Assembly (NCBI GenBank): GCA_963829055.1
Contig: CAWHHI010000010.1
Location: 32,001 to 96,000 of the forward strand
Length of the DNA: 64,000 nucleotides
From: an uncultured Gemmatimonadaceae bacterium
GTDB taxonomy: Bacteria > Gemmatimonadota > Gemmatimonadetes > Gemmatimonadales > Gemmatimonadaceae
Direction of reading: 5' to 3'
The notes under the pieces were generated by a model, which saw nothing but the letters and a program-made list of their open reading frames with translations, was not told the origin of the DNA and searched no databases. The translations under genes and the position numbers were made by a program. Of the stretch, positions 54,262-64,000 are shown in pieces (position 1 is the first letter of the stretch; the number at the start of each line of letters is the position of its first letter).

Positions 54262-56606
54262 CTAACGCACCCCCATCTCCCGATCGATGCGGTCCGCGAG
54301 CCGCGCAAAGCGCGCATCGGAGCGCAACGGATCCAGTCCGGGATCGCTTCGCACCGCGCGGTGAGGGAACTTCCAGTTGCTGCGCTCCAGCCAGACGAAG
54401 GCGCTGTCGGACTGGCGTAGGGCCACGTACGCACGTCCGATGTTGAACGGCTCGATAGGCTGGACCTTCGCTCGCCGCAAGCTCTCCAGCGCCGCCTCGA
54501 TCTCGCCACGCAGTGCCTGGACGAAGGCGAGGTCCGCCAGAAAATCCGGACGTTCCGGTCCGAGCTCGACCGCCTTCCGCTGTGCGCTCACTGCATCGTC
54601 GAGCATTCCCTTCTGCGCGTAGGCAAGGCCGAGACGGTTGTACCCCCTCGCCCAGCTCGGGCTGATCTCCAGCGCCCTTCGCTGCTGGGCGATCGCGCAG
54701 TCATAGTTGCGAGCGAGATAACACTGCCAACCGTAGTTGCCGGTGACGACAATCGCGAACGGGTCGAGCTCATCCGCGCGCCGACTTTCTTCGAGTGCTT
54801 CCGGCAACCTACCCAGCCCTGCCAGCAGCAGGGAGTACCAGCTGTGCGTGGTCGCGTTGCCAGGATTCAATTGAACGGCCCGGCGAAACTCCCGCTCGGC
54901 GCCTGGCCAGTTTCGTTGCCATTGGAGTGAAACCGCAAACGATGTATGGGCATCGGCGGACTTGTCGTTGATCGCGAGCGCCCGTTCCGCCGCCCATTTG
55001 TGGCGCGAGTTGATCTCCTCCTCAGGGAGGCTCGAGATATTGAGCTGGTAGGCCGTCATGTACGCGTCCGCGAGTCCCGCGTAGGCATCCGCGAAGCCGG
55101 AGTCGCGCTCGATCGCCCGGCTGTAGTAGTCAACGGCGCGCTCGTGCCCGTCCTTGGTTCTTGTGTTCCAGAGATATCGGCCACGACGGTACAGCTCGTA
55201 CGCCTCCGCGTTTGTCGTCCCCTGGGTCACGAGCGCAGTTCGCCCCCGCTCCCCTAGCTCTATCTCGAGAGCCCGGACGACTTCCCGCGCGATCTTCTCC
55301 TGCACTCCGATGATGTCCGGCAGGTCGCTGTCGAATGTCTGCGCCCAGAGATGAGCGTCCGCGCGCGCATCTGATCAGTTGTGCGGTAATCCGGAATCGC
55401 AGGCCATTCTGCCGCACGCTCCCCTCGAGGATATGCGCGACCTTGAGCTCACGTGCGATCTCCCGTAGCGGCTCGTTGCTTCCTTTGTAGTGCATCGCCG
55501 AGGTACGCGAGATCACCTTGAGCTCGGGTAGGGCCGAGAGGCCTGTGATGATCTCCTCGGTGAGACCATCGGTGAAGTAATCGCGGTCGGCGTCCGCAGT
55601 CAGATTGACGAAAGGGAGCACGGCAATCGAGCGCTCGGGGTGACCATCGAGGGGCCAAGAACCTCCAGAGCGCCGCCACCACAAGAACAGCCGCCAGGAG
55701 CGCGAGCAGACCCGCCCGCCGAACGAGCCTCCTCGGTTCACCACCGGCTCTGCGTTCGGCGGTCGCCGCCGGCGACTCAGGCGTCGGCGACGCGGGAACC
55801 GATTCAGGCGATGGGGCAGGCGATACGGAAGGCGATTCCGTCGGAGCGGACACGCTCACCGCGGCAGCGGGTTCCCGTCGCAACCGTTCGGCAAGGGCGG
55901 CAATCTCGGGATTCCCCGCTATCCCAAACTCCTCCTGAAGGAGTCGCTGGTGAATCGCCGCATGCTGGAGTGCCGCAGCCGGGTTGCCACTTGCGTCCAG
56001 CGCCTGCATGAGGCGGAGGGCAACACGCGAGTCGTACAGATCCTGTGCTGCCCTCACCTTCCACCACTCGGCCGCCCTCGAAAAGTCCCGCGCCGCCTCT
56101 GCCTCCTGAGCGAGAGCTTCCAACGCCTTTGCATAGCCGGCCGCAAGCCGTTCGCGCTCCCGGCTCACCCACTGCTCGAACTCCGGCGCGTCGCTGAGAA
56201 AGAATCCGTCGAGAAAGGGACCTCTGTAGAGAGCTACCGCTCGCGCGTGATCCGCACCCGCCAGCGCGGTGTCGAACTCGGTCGCATCCACCCGGACCAC
56301 GTCGGCATTCAGCCGCAGGTCATCCCCCTCCGATAGCACGGCGGCTTCGCCCAGCGACGTTCGCAACACGTAAGTCGAAACCTTGAGCAGGTTCCGCCCC
56401 CGCTCGGCGTCGCTCTCAGGCCAGAGGTAGGCGATCAGCTTGTCGCGACTGAGCCGAGCCAATGGGGCCGTGGCGATCAGCGCGAGCAGCGCGAGGCGAT
56501 GGCGCTGCGCAACTCGGCCCGTAAGCGCGGGCCCGCCCTCTCGTTCGATCGATGGGCTACCGAAGAGCCTGAGATGGAAGGTCGGAGGCGAGTCACGCGA
56601 GTTCAT
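54262..56606 (-). CDS. BTAD/SARP-like DNA-binding protein with TM, TolB_N-like and TPR domains; frameshifted
   Basis: LRLFG, SRDKLIAYLWPE, LYRGPFLDGF, SIAVLPFVNL...DGLTEEII, VISRTSAM, AYELYRRGR, TPRs. Confidence 0.85.
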
Positions 56607-56770
56607 CGCGAGTTCACCGGCGCGACACGCCGCGTTCACCGTCCCGCCTCACCATTCGCGCGCCACACCCGACGTGAGCGACCGAGCAACGCAGGTCGCC
56701 GGCAGTCGCGGTGTTGGATCCTTCGAAACCCATCTCAGCACTGAGTGATTCAGTCGCATCAGGAGGTCGT

Positions 56771-58000
56771 ATGTCACGAAGTCGGCTCTACACCATTCCA
56801 ACTCTCGCGCTGGTTGCCGCCATGGCAATGGCGTGCTCGGAGCAGAGCACTGCTCCGACATTGAGAGCAACTAGTGATGAAGGTTCAGGTCGAGACGCAT
56901 CGAAGCAATCTGTAACACCCGCGAGTGTGGGGTGGCAGGAGCAGGCGCGCTCCCTCGTCGCCGCGAATAACGTGAACGTACTCGCCGCGGCGCGTATCTA
57001 CGCGGCGCTGAGCGTCGCGCAGTACCGTGCGGTGATGGCCGTCCATGATCCCGATGCCCACGGCAATTCGACCCCTGAGGGTATCGGCGCCGGCGGACGG
57101 AGCGAACTCGAGGCACAGCGCGGGGCCGTCGCCGGCGCGTCGGCCCAGGTGCTGAGCTTCTTCTTTCCGGCGGCCGCCCCGAATCTGGAGCACAACGTAC
57201 TAGTAGAAGGCGAGACGGGACCAGGGAACATGCACCCGCAGTTCACGCGGGGGTTGGCTATCGGGCGGCACATGGGGGACGTGCTCGTGGACCGCGCGAA
57301 AAGTGATCACTTCACCGCTCCCTGGACCGGAAGCGTTCCCGTCGGAGCCGGGAAGTGGGTGGCCAACGGCCCGCCTGGCGGCGCGACGTTGGGCGGTGTC
57401 ACCCCGTACTTCCTCACGTCTGGCGATCAATTCCGTCCCCCGCCACCACCGGAATTTGGTTCGGCGGCATTCATGGCAGATCTGAACGAGATCGCGACGC
57501 TAGCCGCCAACCGCACGCCCGCACAAACAGCCAGCGCTGTGTACTGGAATTTCCCAACGGGGACGTTCACGCCGGCCGGTTACTGGAACCTCGTCGCTTC
57601 CAATTATGTGGAAGCGAATTCGCTCGATGAGCGTGCCGCGACGCGTGCGTTCGCGCTGACGCATGCAGCCATGATGGACGCGCTCATCGGCTGCTGGAAC
57701 GCGAAGTATTACTACTGGATGTTGCGGCCATCACAGGCGAACCCAGTGATCACGCTGACGTTCGCGTTGCCGAACTTTCCGGCGTATCCCTCGGGACACT
57801 CGTGCGTGTCGGCCGCGGCCGCGACGGTGTTGGGCTCTCTGTTTCCTGAACGGACAACTGAGCTCGACACGTTCGTAACGGACGCTGGCCTCTCTCGAAT
57901 GTACGCCGGCATCCACTACCGCTTCGACATTACCGCCGGACGAGAGCTCGGTGAAGCGGTGGCGCGCTGGGCAATTGCACACGCCAGTCTGCTCGACTGA
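56771..58000 (+). CDS. Vanadium haloperoxidase/PAP2 superfamily lipoprotein
   Basis: AGGAGG RBS; lipobox AMAC; KYYYWMLRP, PAYPSGH, SRMYAGIHYRFD. Confidence 0.88.
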   Translation: MSRSRLYTIPTLALVAAMAMACSEQSTAPTLRATSDEGSGRDASKQSVTPASVGWQEQARSLVAANNVNVLAAARIYAALSVAQYRAVMAVHDPDAHGNSTPEGIGAGGRSELEAQRGAVAGASAQVLSFFFPAAAPNLEHNVLVEGETGPGNMHPQFTRGLAIGRHMGDVLVDRAKSDHFTAPWTGSVPVGAGKWVANGPPGGATLGGVTPYFLTSGDQFRPPPPPEFGSAAFMADLNEIATLAANRTPAQTASAVYWNFPTGTFTPAGYWNLVASNYVEANSLDERAATRAFALTHAAMMDALIGCWNAKYYYWMLRPSQANPVITLTFALPNFPAYPSGHSCVSAAAATVLGSLFPERTTELDTFVTDAGLSRMYAGIHYRFDITAGRELGEAVARWAIAHASLLD

Positions 58001-58111
58001 GTCATTCCGAGCGGAGCGAGAAACCCTGCACTCTTACTAGAGCGGATTGCCTCTCTACCGGGACACCAAGGATTCCTCGCTCCGCTCGGAATGACAACCC
58101 CTCGGAATGAC
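58001..58111. repeat. REP family A2 element with a duplicated right arm
   Basis: GTCATTCCGAG directly after the TGA stop; CTCGGAATGAC twice. Confidence 0.85.
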
Positions 58112-58118
58112 GGCAGGC

Positions 58119-59061
58119 CTACTCGCTGCGAAGTGTCACCGCCGGGTCCACCGCAGCGGCACGCGGAACCTGAACGCCGTCACTGGAAACGTGATTCCAA
58201 CTTCGAACGGCAGCCCCGGGATGAACGTCGTGACGGTGCGCAGCACGAGCCAGACACCTGTGAGCGCCGCGATACCCAGTAGCGCGCTCTCCGTCAGGAG
58301 CTGTCGGATGAGCCGAGTTCGCGCCGCACCTAACGACAGGCGGATGGCGATCTCGTGCCGTCGCGCCGTCGCGAGTCCCGTCAGGAGCGCGCTCACGTTC
58401 GTGCAGGTGACAAGCAGAACGAGCAGGCCCAGCAGACCGACCGAGACCGTCATCAGCTAACACGGAGAAGTAGTTCTCTGTTACGAACGTCACTCTCGCC
58501 GCGAGCCTCTGCCGCTCGGCGCCATCGCCCACCGTCAGTGCCGCCGACGCATCCGTCCAGCCGGCGACGGCGGAGAAGTGAGTCGTCAGCTTTCGATGTT
58601 CGAGAAACTCCTCTTCGGAGAACGTGCGATACCCGCGCTCCGGCCCGCCGTACGTTCGGCTGCCGCGAATGCGAACGAGATCGTCCTCGAGCGTGACGCC
58701 GGGCGGCGGCTGCTTCGCGTATGCGTACACGTAGGTGAACAGCAGCGTGCTTATCGTAAGACCGGCGACGAGCACGACGAGCATCGTCAGCGTCGTTCCC
58801 GGCTTTCGCGCGAAGTGGCGGAGCGCGAATCGCGAGTCGGCGGTCAACGCGTCCACCCAACCGGCACCTCGTGCGTCGCGCGCTTCTTCCTGCAGGTAGG
58901 CGACGTTGCCGAACTCGCGCAGCGCCGCGTACCTGGCGTCCTTCGGGGAAAGGCCCCGTGCGACGAGCCGCGCAGTCGAGTGGGGGTTCGGCCTGCATTT
59001 CCCGCTCGAGCCGGCGACGCAGCAGGAGGGACCGAACCCGTTGGCGTACGCGGTTGAGCAT
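58119..59061 (-). pseudogene. Internally deleted ADOP permease remnant
   Basis: [73 protein letters not shown] and [10 protein letters not shown] all packed into under 1 kb, versus about 2.5 kb for the full copy at 24655..27170. Confidence 0.8.
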
Positions 59062-59240
59062 CAGGTCACCCGGAGGATGGCCGTGTCGGCGAGAAGGCGT
59101 CGGCTGCGGGTCGGTCGACTGACCCTCCACCAAGTGATCGGGTGGTCAGGTGCAGTATGGATACGCCACCACTAGACAGTCAAGTGGTAGCTACCGGCTG
59201 CGGTGATCAATGACCGGTCGTCACGAACACCTCCAGCACG

Positions 59241-59654
59241 TCACTGCTCCTCGATGCGAATGGCTTGCGCTCCGGTCCGCAGCAGCGCGGTCCCGATCTC
59301 CGCAAGGCGACTGGTGTCGCCGGCGATCGTCGCGAAATGGTTTCCGGCCAGCGGACCCGCGTTGCAGGCGAAACGCGTTAGGCCGTAGGGGATGAGAATC
59401 TCCGTCTCGCTCACACCGCCGGGGTACAACAACAGCTCACCCGCCTTCGGCTCGGTCTTCGCGTTCTCGGCGGTTCGCGCCACTTGCAGGTCGCCGAGCG
59501 GAAGCCACGCGGCTTCTCCGCTCCAGCGCGCGTGAATGATCTGGCCATCGAGCGGCAGGAGACGGCGGACCGTCTCGCACGTCAATGGTGCCGCGTCTTC
59601 CTCCCAGAAGGCGTCGAACCGCTGTGCGCCAATCGTGATCGTCAGTCGTCGCAT
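59241..59654 (-). CDS. DUF3830 family (cyclophilin-like) protein
   Basis: APLTC, IHARWSGEA, LYPGGVSETEILIPYG, LAGNHFATI. Confidence 0.85.
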   Translation of the reverse strand: MRRLTITIGAQRFDAFWEEDAAPLTCETVRRLLPLDGQIIHARWSGEAAWLPLGDLQVARTAENAKTEPKAGELLLYPGGVSETEILIPYGLTRFACNAGPLAGNHFATIAGDTSRLAEIGTALLRTGAQAIRIEEQ

Positions 59655-59878
59655 GAATTCTCCGGTTGGAGACGAAGTTAGACGCCGACCGTGTCGTAGA
59701 ACAGCCGTGGGTGACACATACTCGCGCGTTCACCTTCGAGCTTGACGTCCCGTATCTACCGACGTTAGGCGGATCCGGCCGACTGCATCCATTACTCGCC
59801 TCGCGCTCGCGAGATTCTGACCGTCGCCGGACATCGCCTCCGCTTGCGCTCGTCAACACGCGCGCGGTACGCTACCGA

Positions 59879-61773
59879 ATGCCTATGCCAGCTGTCCTTC
59901 GCTCCCTGCAACGCCTTCTGTTCCGCATATCCCGCTCGGCTCTCGTACTAGCGGTCGTCACGACGCATCCTCGCGCGCACGGTGATGGCGCAAGGCAGCG
60001 CCGAGTACGAGCGCCGCGAGCTGAAGATTCCGATGCGCGACGGCGTCACACTGTTCGCTGTCGCGCTCATCCCCAAGGGGGCGACCGCTCCGCTCCCCAT
60101 CCTCCTCATCCGCACTCCGTTCAGTGCCGCTCGCGAGTTCGGGAGCACCACGTTGCCGGTGTCGCTCCGCGAGCTCGGAGAGGACGGATACATCTTCGTC
60201 TCGGAAGACATCCGCGGACGGTTCGGATCGGGAGGGACCTTCGTCTCCCTGAGACCTCAACGTGACCCGCGCGACGCGCGCGGGGTGGACGAGTCGACCG
60301 ACGCCTGGGACACCGTCGACTGGCTCGTCCGCGAGCTGCCTAACAACAGCGGCAAGGTCGGCGTCCTCGGTATCTCGTATCGCGGCTGGCTCGCCGCCCT
60401 CGCGGGCGTCGGGGCACACCCCGCGATCAAGGCGATCTCGCCGCAGGGGCTCGTTGCCGACGTATGGCTCGGCGACGATTTCTTTCATCAGGGGGCATTC
60501 CGCCAGGCCCAGGGCGTTGCGTACGCGGCCTACATCGAGGGGACCAACGGGCTCTCGATCCCCGACTACGACCAGTACGACTTCTACCGCAAGCTCCCCA
60601 CGCTCGACACGCTGGCCAGGGCGACCGGCGTCGCCGACCTCCCGTCATGGGTGGGCTTTCGCACGCACCCGAGCTACGACGCCTACTGGGAGGCGCGCGC
60701 GCTCCAGAACGTGTACCGAACGCCCGAGGTCCCGACGCTCGTCGTCGGCGGCTGGTGGGATGAGGAAGACCTCCTCGGTCCGCAACTCATCTATCGCACG
60801 CTGGAACGCGCGGACACCGGCCGGCGCAACTTCCTCGTGATGGGACCGTGGTCGCACGGCAGCTGGTCACGCCCCGGCGGCGATTCGCTCGGTCCCGTTA
60901 GGCTCGGCGGGAAGTCGGCGGACTACTTCCGAGCCAGCATCCAGCGTCCATGGTTCGCCCACTACCTGCACGGCAAGGGCGACGGCCGCTTCCCCGAGGC
61001 GCAGGTCTTCGAGACCGGGGCGAACGAGTGGCGCCGCTTCGACGCCTGGCCGCCGAAGAATGCCATTCCGCGCCGACTCTACCTGCGCGGAGAACGGGCG
61101 CCTCGCCTTCGATCCGCCGGCAGCGTCCACCACGTCGGGCAGCGTTAGGCCTGCTCGCGACCCGATGCACGCCAACGACTTCGACGCGTTCGTCTCCGAC
61201 CCCGCCCATCCCGTCCCGTACATCCCCCGTCCCGACAACGGCGACGGGTGGAGCACGTGGCTGGTCCAGGACCAGCGCTTCGTCGACAACCGCCCCGACG
61301 TCCTCACGTGGACGTCGGAGCCGCTCAGCGAGGATCTCACGATCGCCGGTGACGTCGTCGCGCACCTCTTCGCGTCCACCACCGGCACCGACGCCGACTG
61401 GGTCGTGAAGCTCATCGACGTCTATCCCGACAGCGTCGCCGATCGCCCTCGGCTGGGCGGCTATGAGCTCATCGTCAACGCCGACATCTTGCGGGGTCGC
61501 TACTGGAAGGGCTTCGCGCGCGCGACGCCGATCCCGGCGAACACGGTAACACCATTCACGGTGGACCTGCACGGGCAGCTGTACCGCTTCCGGAAGGGGC
61601 ATCGGCTCATGGTGCAGGTGCAGAGCACGTGGTTTCCGCTCTACGATCGCAACCCGCAGCGCTTCGTGCCTAACGTTTTCTCCGCGAAGCCCGACGACTT
61701 CCAGACGCAGACGCACCGCGTCTGGCATACGGCGACCCAGCCCTCGCACCTCAGCATCGCCGTGTTGCCCTGA
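59879..61773 (+). CDS. CocE/NonD family hydrolase (alpha-amino acid ester hydrolase-like); frameshifts near 59975 and 61095
   Basis: IPMRDGVTL, RTPF, DIRGRFGSGG, GISYRG, GDDFFHQGAF, GPWSHG, QVQSTWFPLYDRNPQ. Confidence 0.9.
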
Positions 61774-61807
61774 CCGCGTTGGCGCGGTTCGAACGACGCC
61801 GACGTCG

Positions 61808-62361
61808 TCACCAGCCCGACGTACCCGGGCCACCCTTCCACGGCCCGACGATCTCGCTCGTCACCCATCCGCCGTAGAACCCGCCATCCTGCGCGCGCAC
61901 GCGCTCCCCATCGACGAAGCACGCGACACGACCCGGATACACGGAGAAGCACGCTCCGATCGCCTCGTACGGCGCACGCGGGCGGGATAATACCACCCCG
62001 CACGTGTCGCGATCTGGTCGCGGGCAACGACGGACAGATAGCGCGCACCACCCTTCCACTCGCACTGGGAGCCGAGTGCGTCGGAATCCTCGACGAGCGA
62101 GTCTCGAAGGACTTCGGCCAACGGAAGGTAGAACGTCGGCGGGCTCGCGGTCTCGAGTAGCCGCAGGGCGTGGCGGGTGCGTATGATCTCGACGCCCGCA
62201 AAGCTCACGACGACTTCACGACTGTCCTGCAGCAGCTTCGGCGGTCGAGGGTAGTCCCACACCGACTCCTGGCCTGTAACGTTAGGCATGGCGAACAATG
62301 GTCTGTCCTCGCCGGTATAGCGCCAGAGTGCACGGGCGCGAGCATGCTCATCGCTGGACAC
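61808..62361 (-). CDS. DUF427 family protein; frameshift near 61985
   Basis: QESVWDYPRPP, LETASPPTFY, CEWKGGARY, FYGGWVT.EIVGPWKGGPGT.GW. Confidence 0.88.
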
Positions 62362-62364
62362 CGT

Positions 62365-63325
62365 TCAGTTCCGCCGTCCGTACTGGTCGTACCAGTCCAG
62401 CACTCGGCGAGCACGCAGCGTGACCCATCGATTCGGCTCACCGACGGTGCCGGCCAGCTCCTCGTGAAGGGTGTCGCGGTGTCGCACGTCGAGCAGCCAG
62501 CGGCCATCGCCCTGGCGCCGTTCGACGCACGATCGCGACCGCCTCCTCGACATGGCTGTCGGGCCTACACGCCAGCCGCGCGCAGATAGTCCAGCGCACG
62601 CAGCACGTCGTAGTGCCAGAGCGGCGGAAACGCGAACTGCGTCCACTCGCATTGATGATCTCGCCGGTCGACAACCGTCGGAGCAGACGCCGCTCGAGGA
62701 GATATTCCTCGCCGCGCTTGCGCGCGTCCGTCACCGCCGGCGCGGCGCCGAACGCCTGCTCGAACGCGAGCAGCCCTTCGAGCACACAGATCGTCGTGTG
62801 GAACGACGAGCGCACCGAGCCGCGCTCGGCCTCGCAGTTCCAGCCGCCGTCCGCGAGTTGTTCACTCAGCAGGCGATCGACGAGCCGATCGCTCCGCTCG
62901 CCGAAGTACGCGCCTAACGCGACGACTCGGCCGTTGATGCACGGCTCGACCTCGCCCTCGAAGAACGGCGAGTCTCCGAACTCGGGTCCCCAGGTGACGT
63001 GGTCGCGAACGAGATCGATCGCCGCTCGCACGCGCGCGCTCGCGGGGTCGACACCCAGGTCGCGCAGGAACACGCAGCGTGTACATGTTCGACCACCAGA
63101 ACGGCGTGGCGATGCCGTCGCCCCACTGGCCGTCGGGGCGCTGCTGGTCGAGCAGCCGCGGGCCCCAACCCTCGTCGCGACCCGCGACCGCTCGGCCGCG
63201 ACGATCTCGGCGGGCGTGTCCGTGAGATCGCGCATGACCTGCCAGCGGATCGACGGGTCGGCGTCGAGGAGCCAGTCGATTACGGGGTCGGTCGAGGATC
63301 GAGGGTACTCGCTAGTCGGGCTCAA
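62365..63325 (-). CDS. Prenyltransferase/squalene-cyclase-like alpha-alpha toroid hypothetical protein; frameshifted
   Basis: WLLDADPSIRWQVMRDL, EVEPCING, QLADGGWNCE, SSFHTTICVLEGL, GEPNRWVTLRARRVL. Confidence 0.8.
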
Positions 63326-63344
63326 ATCTCGTTAGGTCTTGGGT

Positions 63345-64000
63345 CTAATGGGGAGGCAGCGGGAGCTTTCCATCCAGCTCGTCGTACACGCGACGGATCG
63401 CGGTCTCGAGCTGGCTCCCGAACAACGTCCAACTCCTGAGCGCTCCCCAGTCGCCCTTCGCCGCAGCCTCGCATGGCTCGCCTGGCGAGGTGGTACCTGC
63501 CCCGCCACGAGCGCCAGTTGGAGGCGCGGCACACGGAACCTTCGCCGCATGCAGCCGCGTCGCCTCGGCGATCACCAACTCGAGCGCGCGGCGGTACGCC
63601 GGAAGGTCGGCCTTCAGTGTTGTCGCATCGTCGACGAAGCCGTGCCCCGGCACGTACCACGTGGCGTCCATGGACTCGGCGTTCTTCAGCGTCTGCACCC
63701 ATTCCAATGGATAGGCCGAGCGCATCGCGGGGAAGATCCAGTGCAGGTAGGCCTCGCTCATGAACAGCACGCGATTGCCCGGCAGATAGACGCTCAGATC
63801 ACCACCGGTGTGCGCGCGACCGAGGTCGAGGATCTCGATAGCTCGTGTCTCCCATCCGCATAACGCGCTTGTGCGACACGGTGTCGAGCGGCGTCGGCGG
63901 GCCATTCGGACCGCTCGACATGGCTCGCACCGACGCTGGCGTCGCAATGAAGGTGACACCGGCGGGGAACGCGGAGTTGCCGCCTGTATGGTCGCCGTGA
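63345..64000 (-). CDS. MBL-fold metallo-hydrolase; 5' end outside window, frameshifted
   Basis: HGDHTGGN at the window edge; GRAHTGGDL.VYLP, VPGHG. Confidence 0.8.
   Translation of the reverse strand, partial: TATIQAATPRSPPVSPSLRRQRRCEPCRAVRMARRRRSTPCRTSALCGWETRAIEILDLGRAHTGGDLSVYLPGNRVLFMSEAYLHWIFPAMRSAYPLEWVQTLKNAESMDATWYVPGHGFVDDATTLKADLPAYRRALELVIAEATRLHAAKVPCAAPPTGARGGAGTTSPGEPCEAAAKGDWGALRSWTLFGSQLETAIRRVYDELDGKLPLPPH

Larger units (their letters stand above)
375..63337. repeat. Dispersed highly iterated octamer CGTTAGGC/GCCTAACG
   Basis: 51 exact and 18 one-mismatch copies counted by eye (see findings). Confidence 0.9.

Noticed and set aside
375..63337. TTAGGC matches the nematode telomere repeat
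   Set aside because: Copies are single, dispersed and in frame within bacterial genes, never tandem; this is not contamination or a telomere.
1..64000. About 20 genes split by frameshifts, suggesting mass pseudogenisation or programmed frameshifting
   Set aside because: The breaks are small indels in otherwise intact genes with conserved motifs, cluster in patches and show no common slippery site. Long-read consensus error is more parsimonious; short-read polishing would decide.

Overview
High-GC (roughly 68% by eye) bacterial chromosomal DNA. The gene repertoire (Hanks-type Ser/Thr kinases, short SusC/SusD-like pairs, ADOP permeases, a BTAD/TPR regulator, DUF5916) suggests Gemmatimonadota; this is an inference. 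About 45 protein genes are supportable. Many are split by small indels, which look like long-read consensus errors rather than true pseudogenes. I found no rRNA, tRNA, CRISPR array, integrase or transposase. The strongest unexplained signal is a non-palindromic octamer, CGTTAGGC/GCCTAACG: I counted 51 exact copies and 18 one-mismatch copies by eye, about one per kb, with no strand bias. It sits inside genes in several reading frames via rare codons (TTA, CTA, AGG) and supplies four stop codons, which is the pattern expected of a DNA-uptake-sequence-like or HIP1-like system. Other notable items: two families of palindromic REP/MITE-like elements (some nested, some read through by ORFs), a four-domain multicopper oxidase with its Cu-ligand motifs in reversed order, an ECF sigma module with twin divergent promoters facing a phosphoesterase-cupredoxin fusion, an uncharacterised secreted gene pair, a matBC-like malonate unit and a subclass B3 metallo-beta-lactamase. 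All family assignments are from motif recognition, not database searches. Coordinates of frameshifted genes are approximate.
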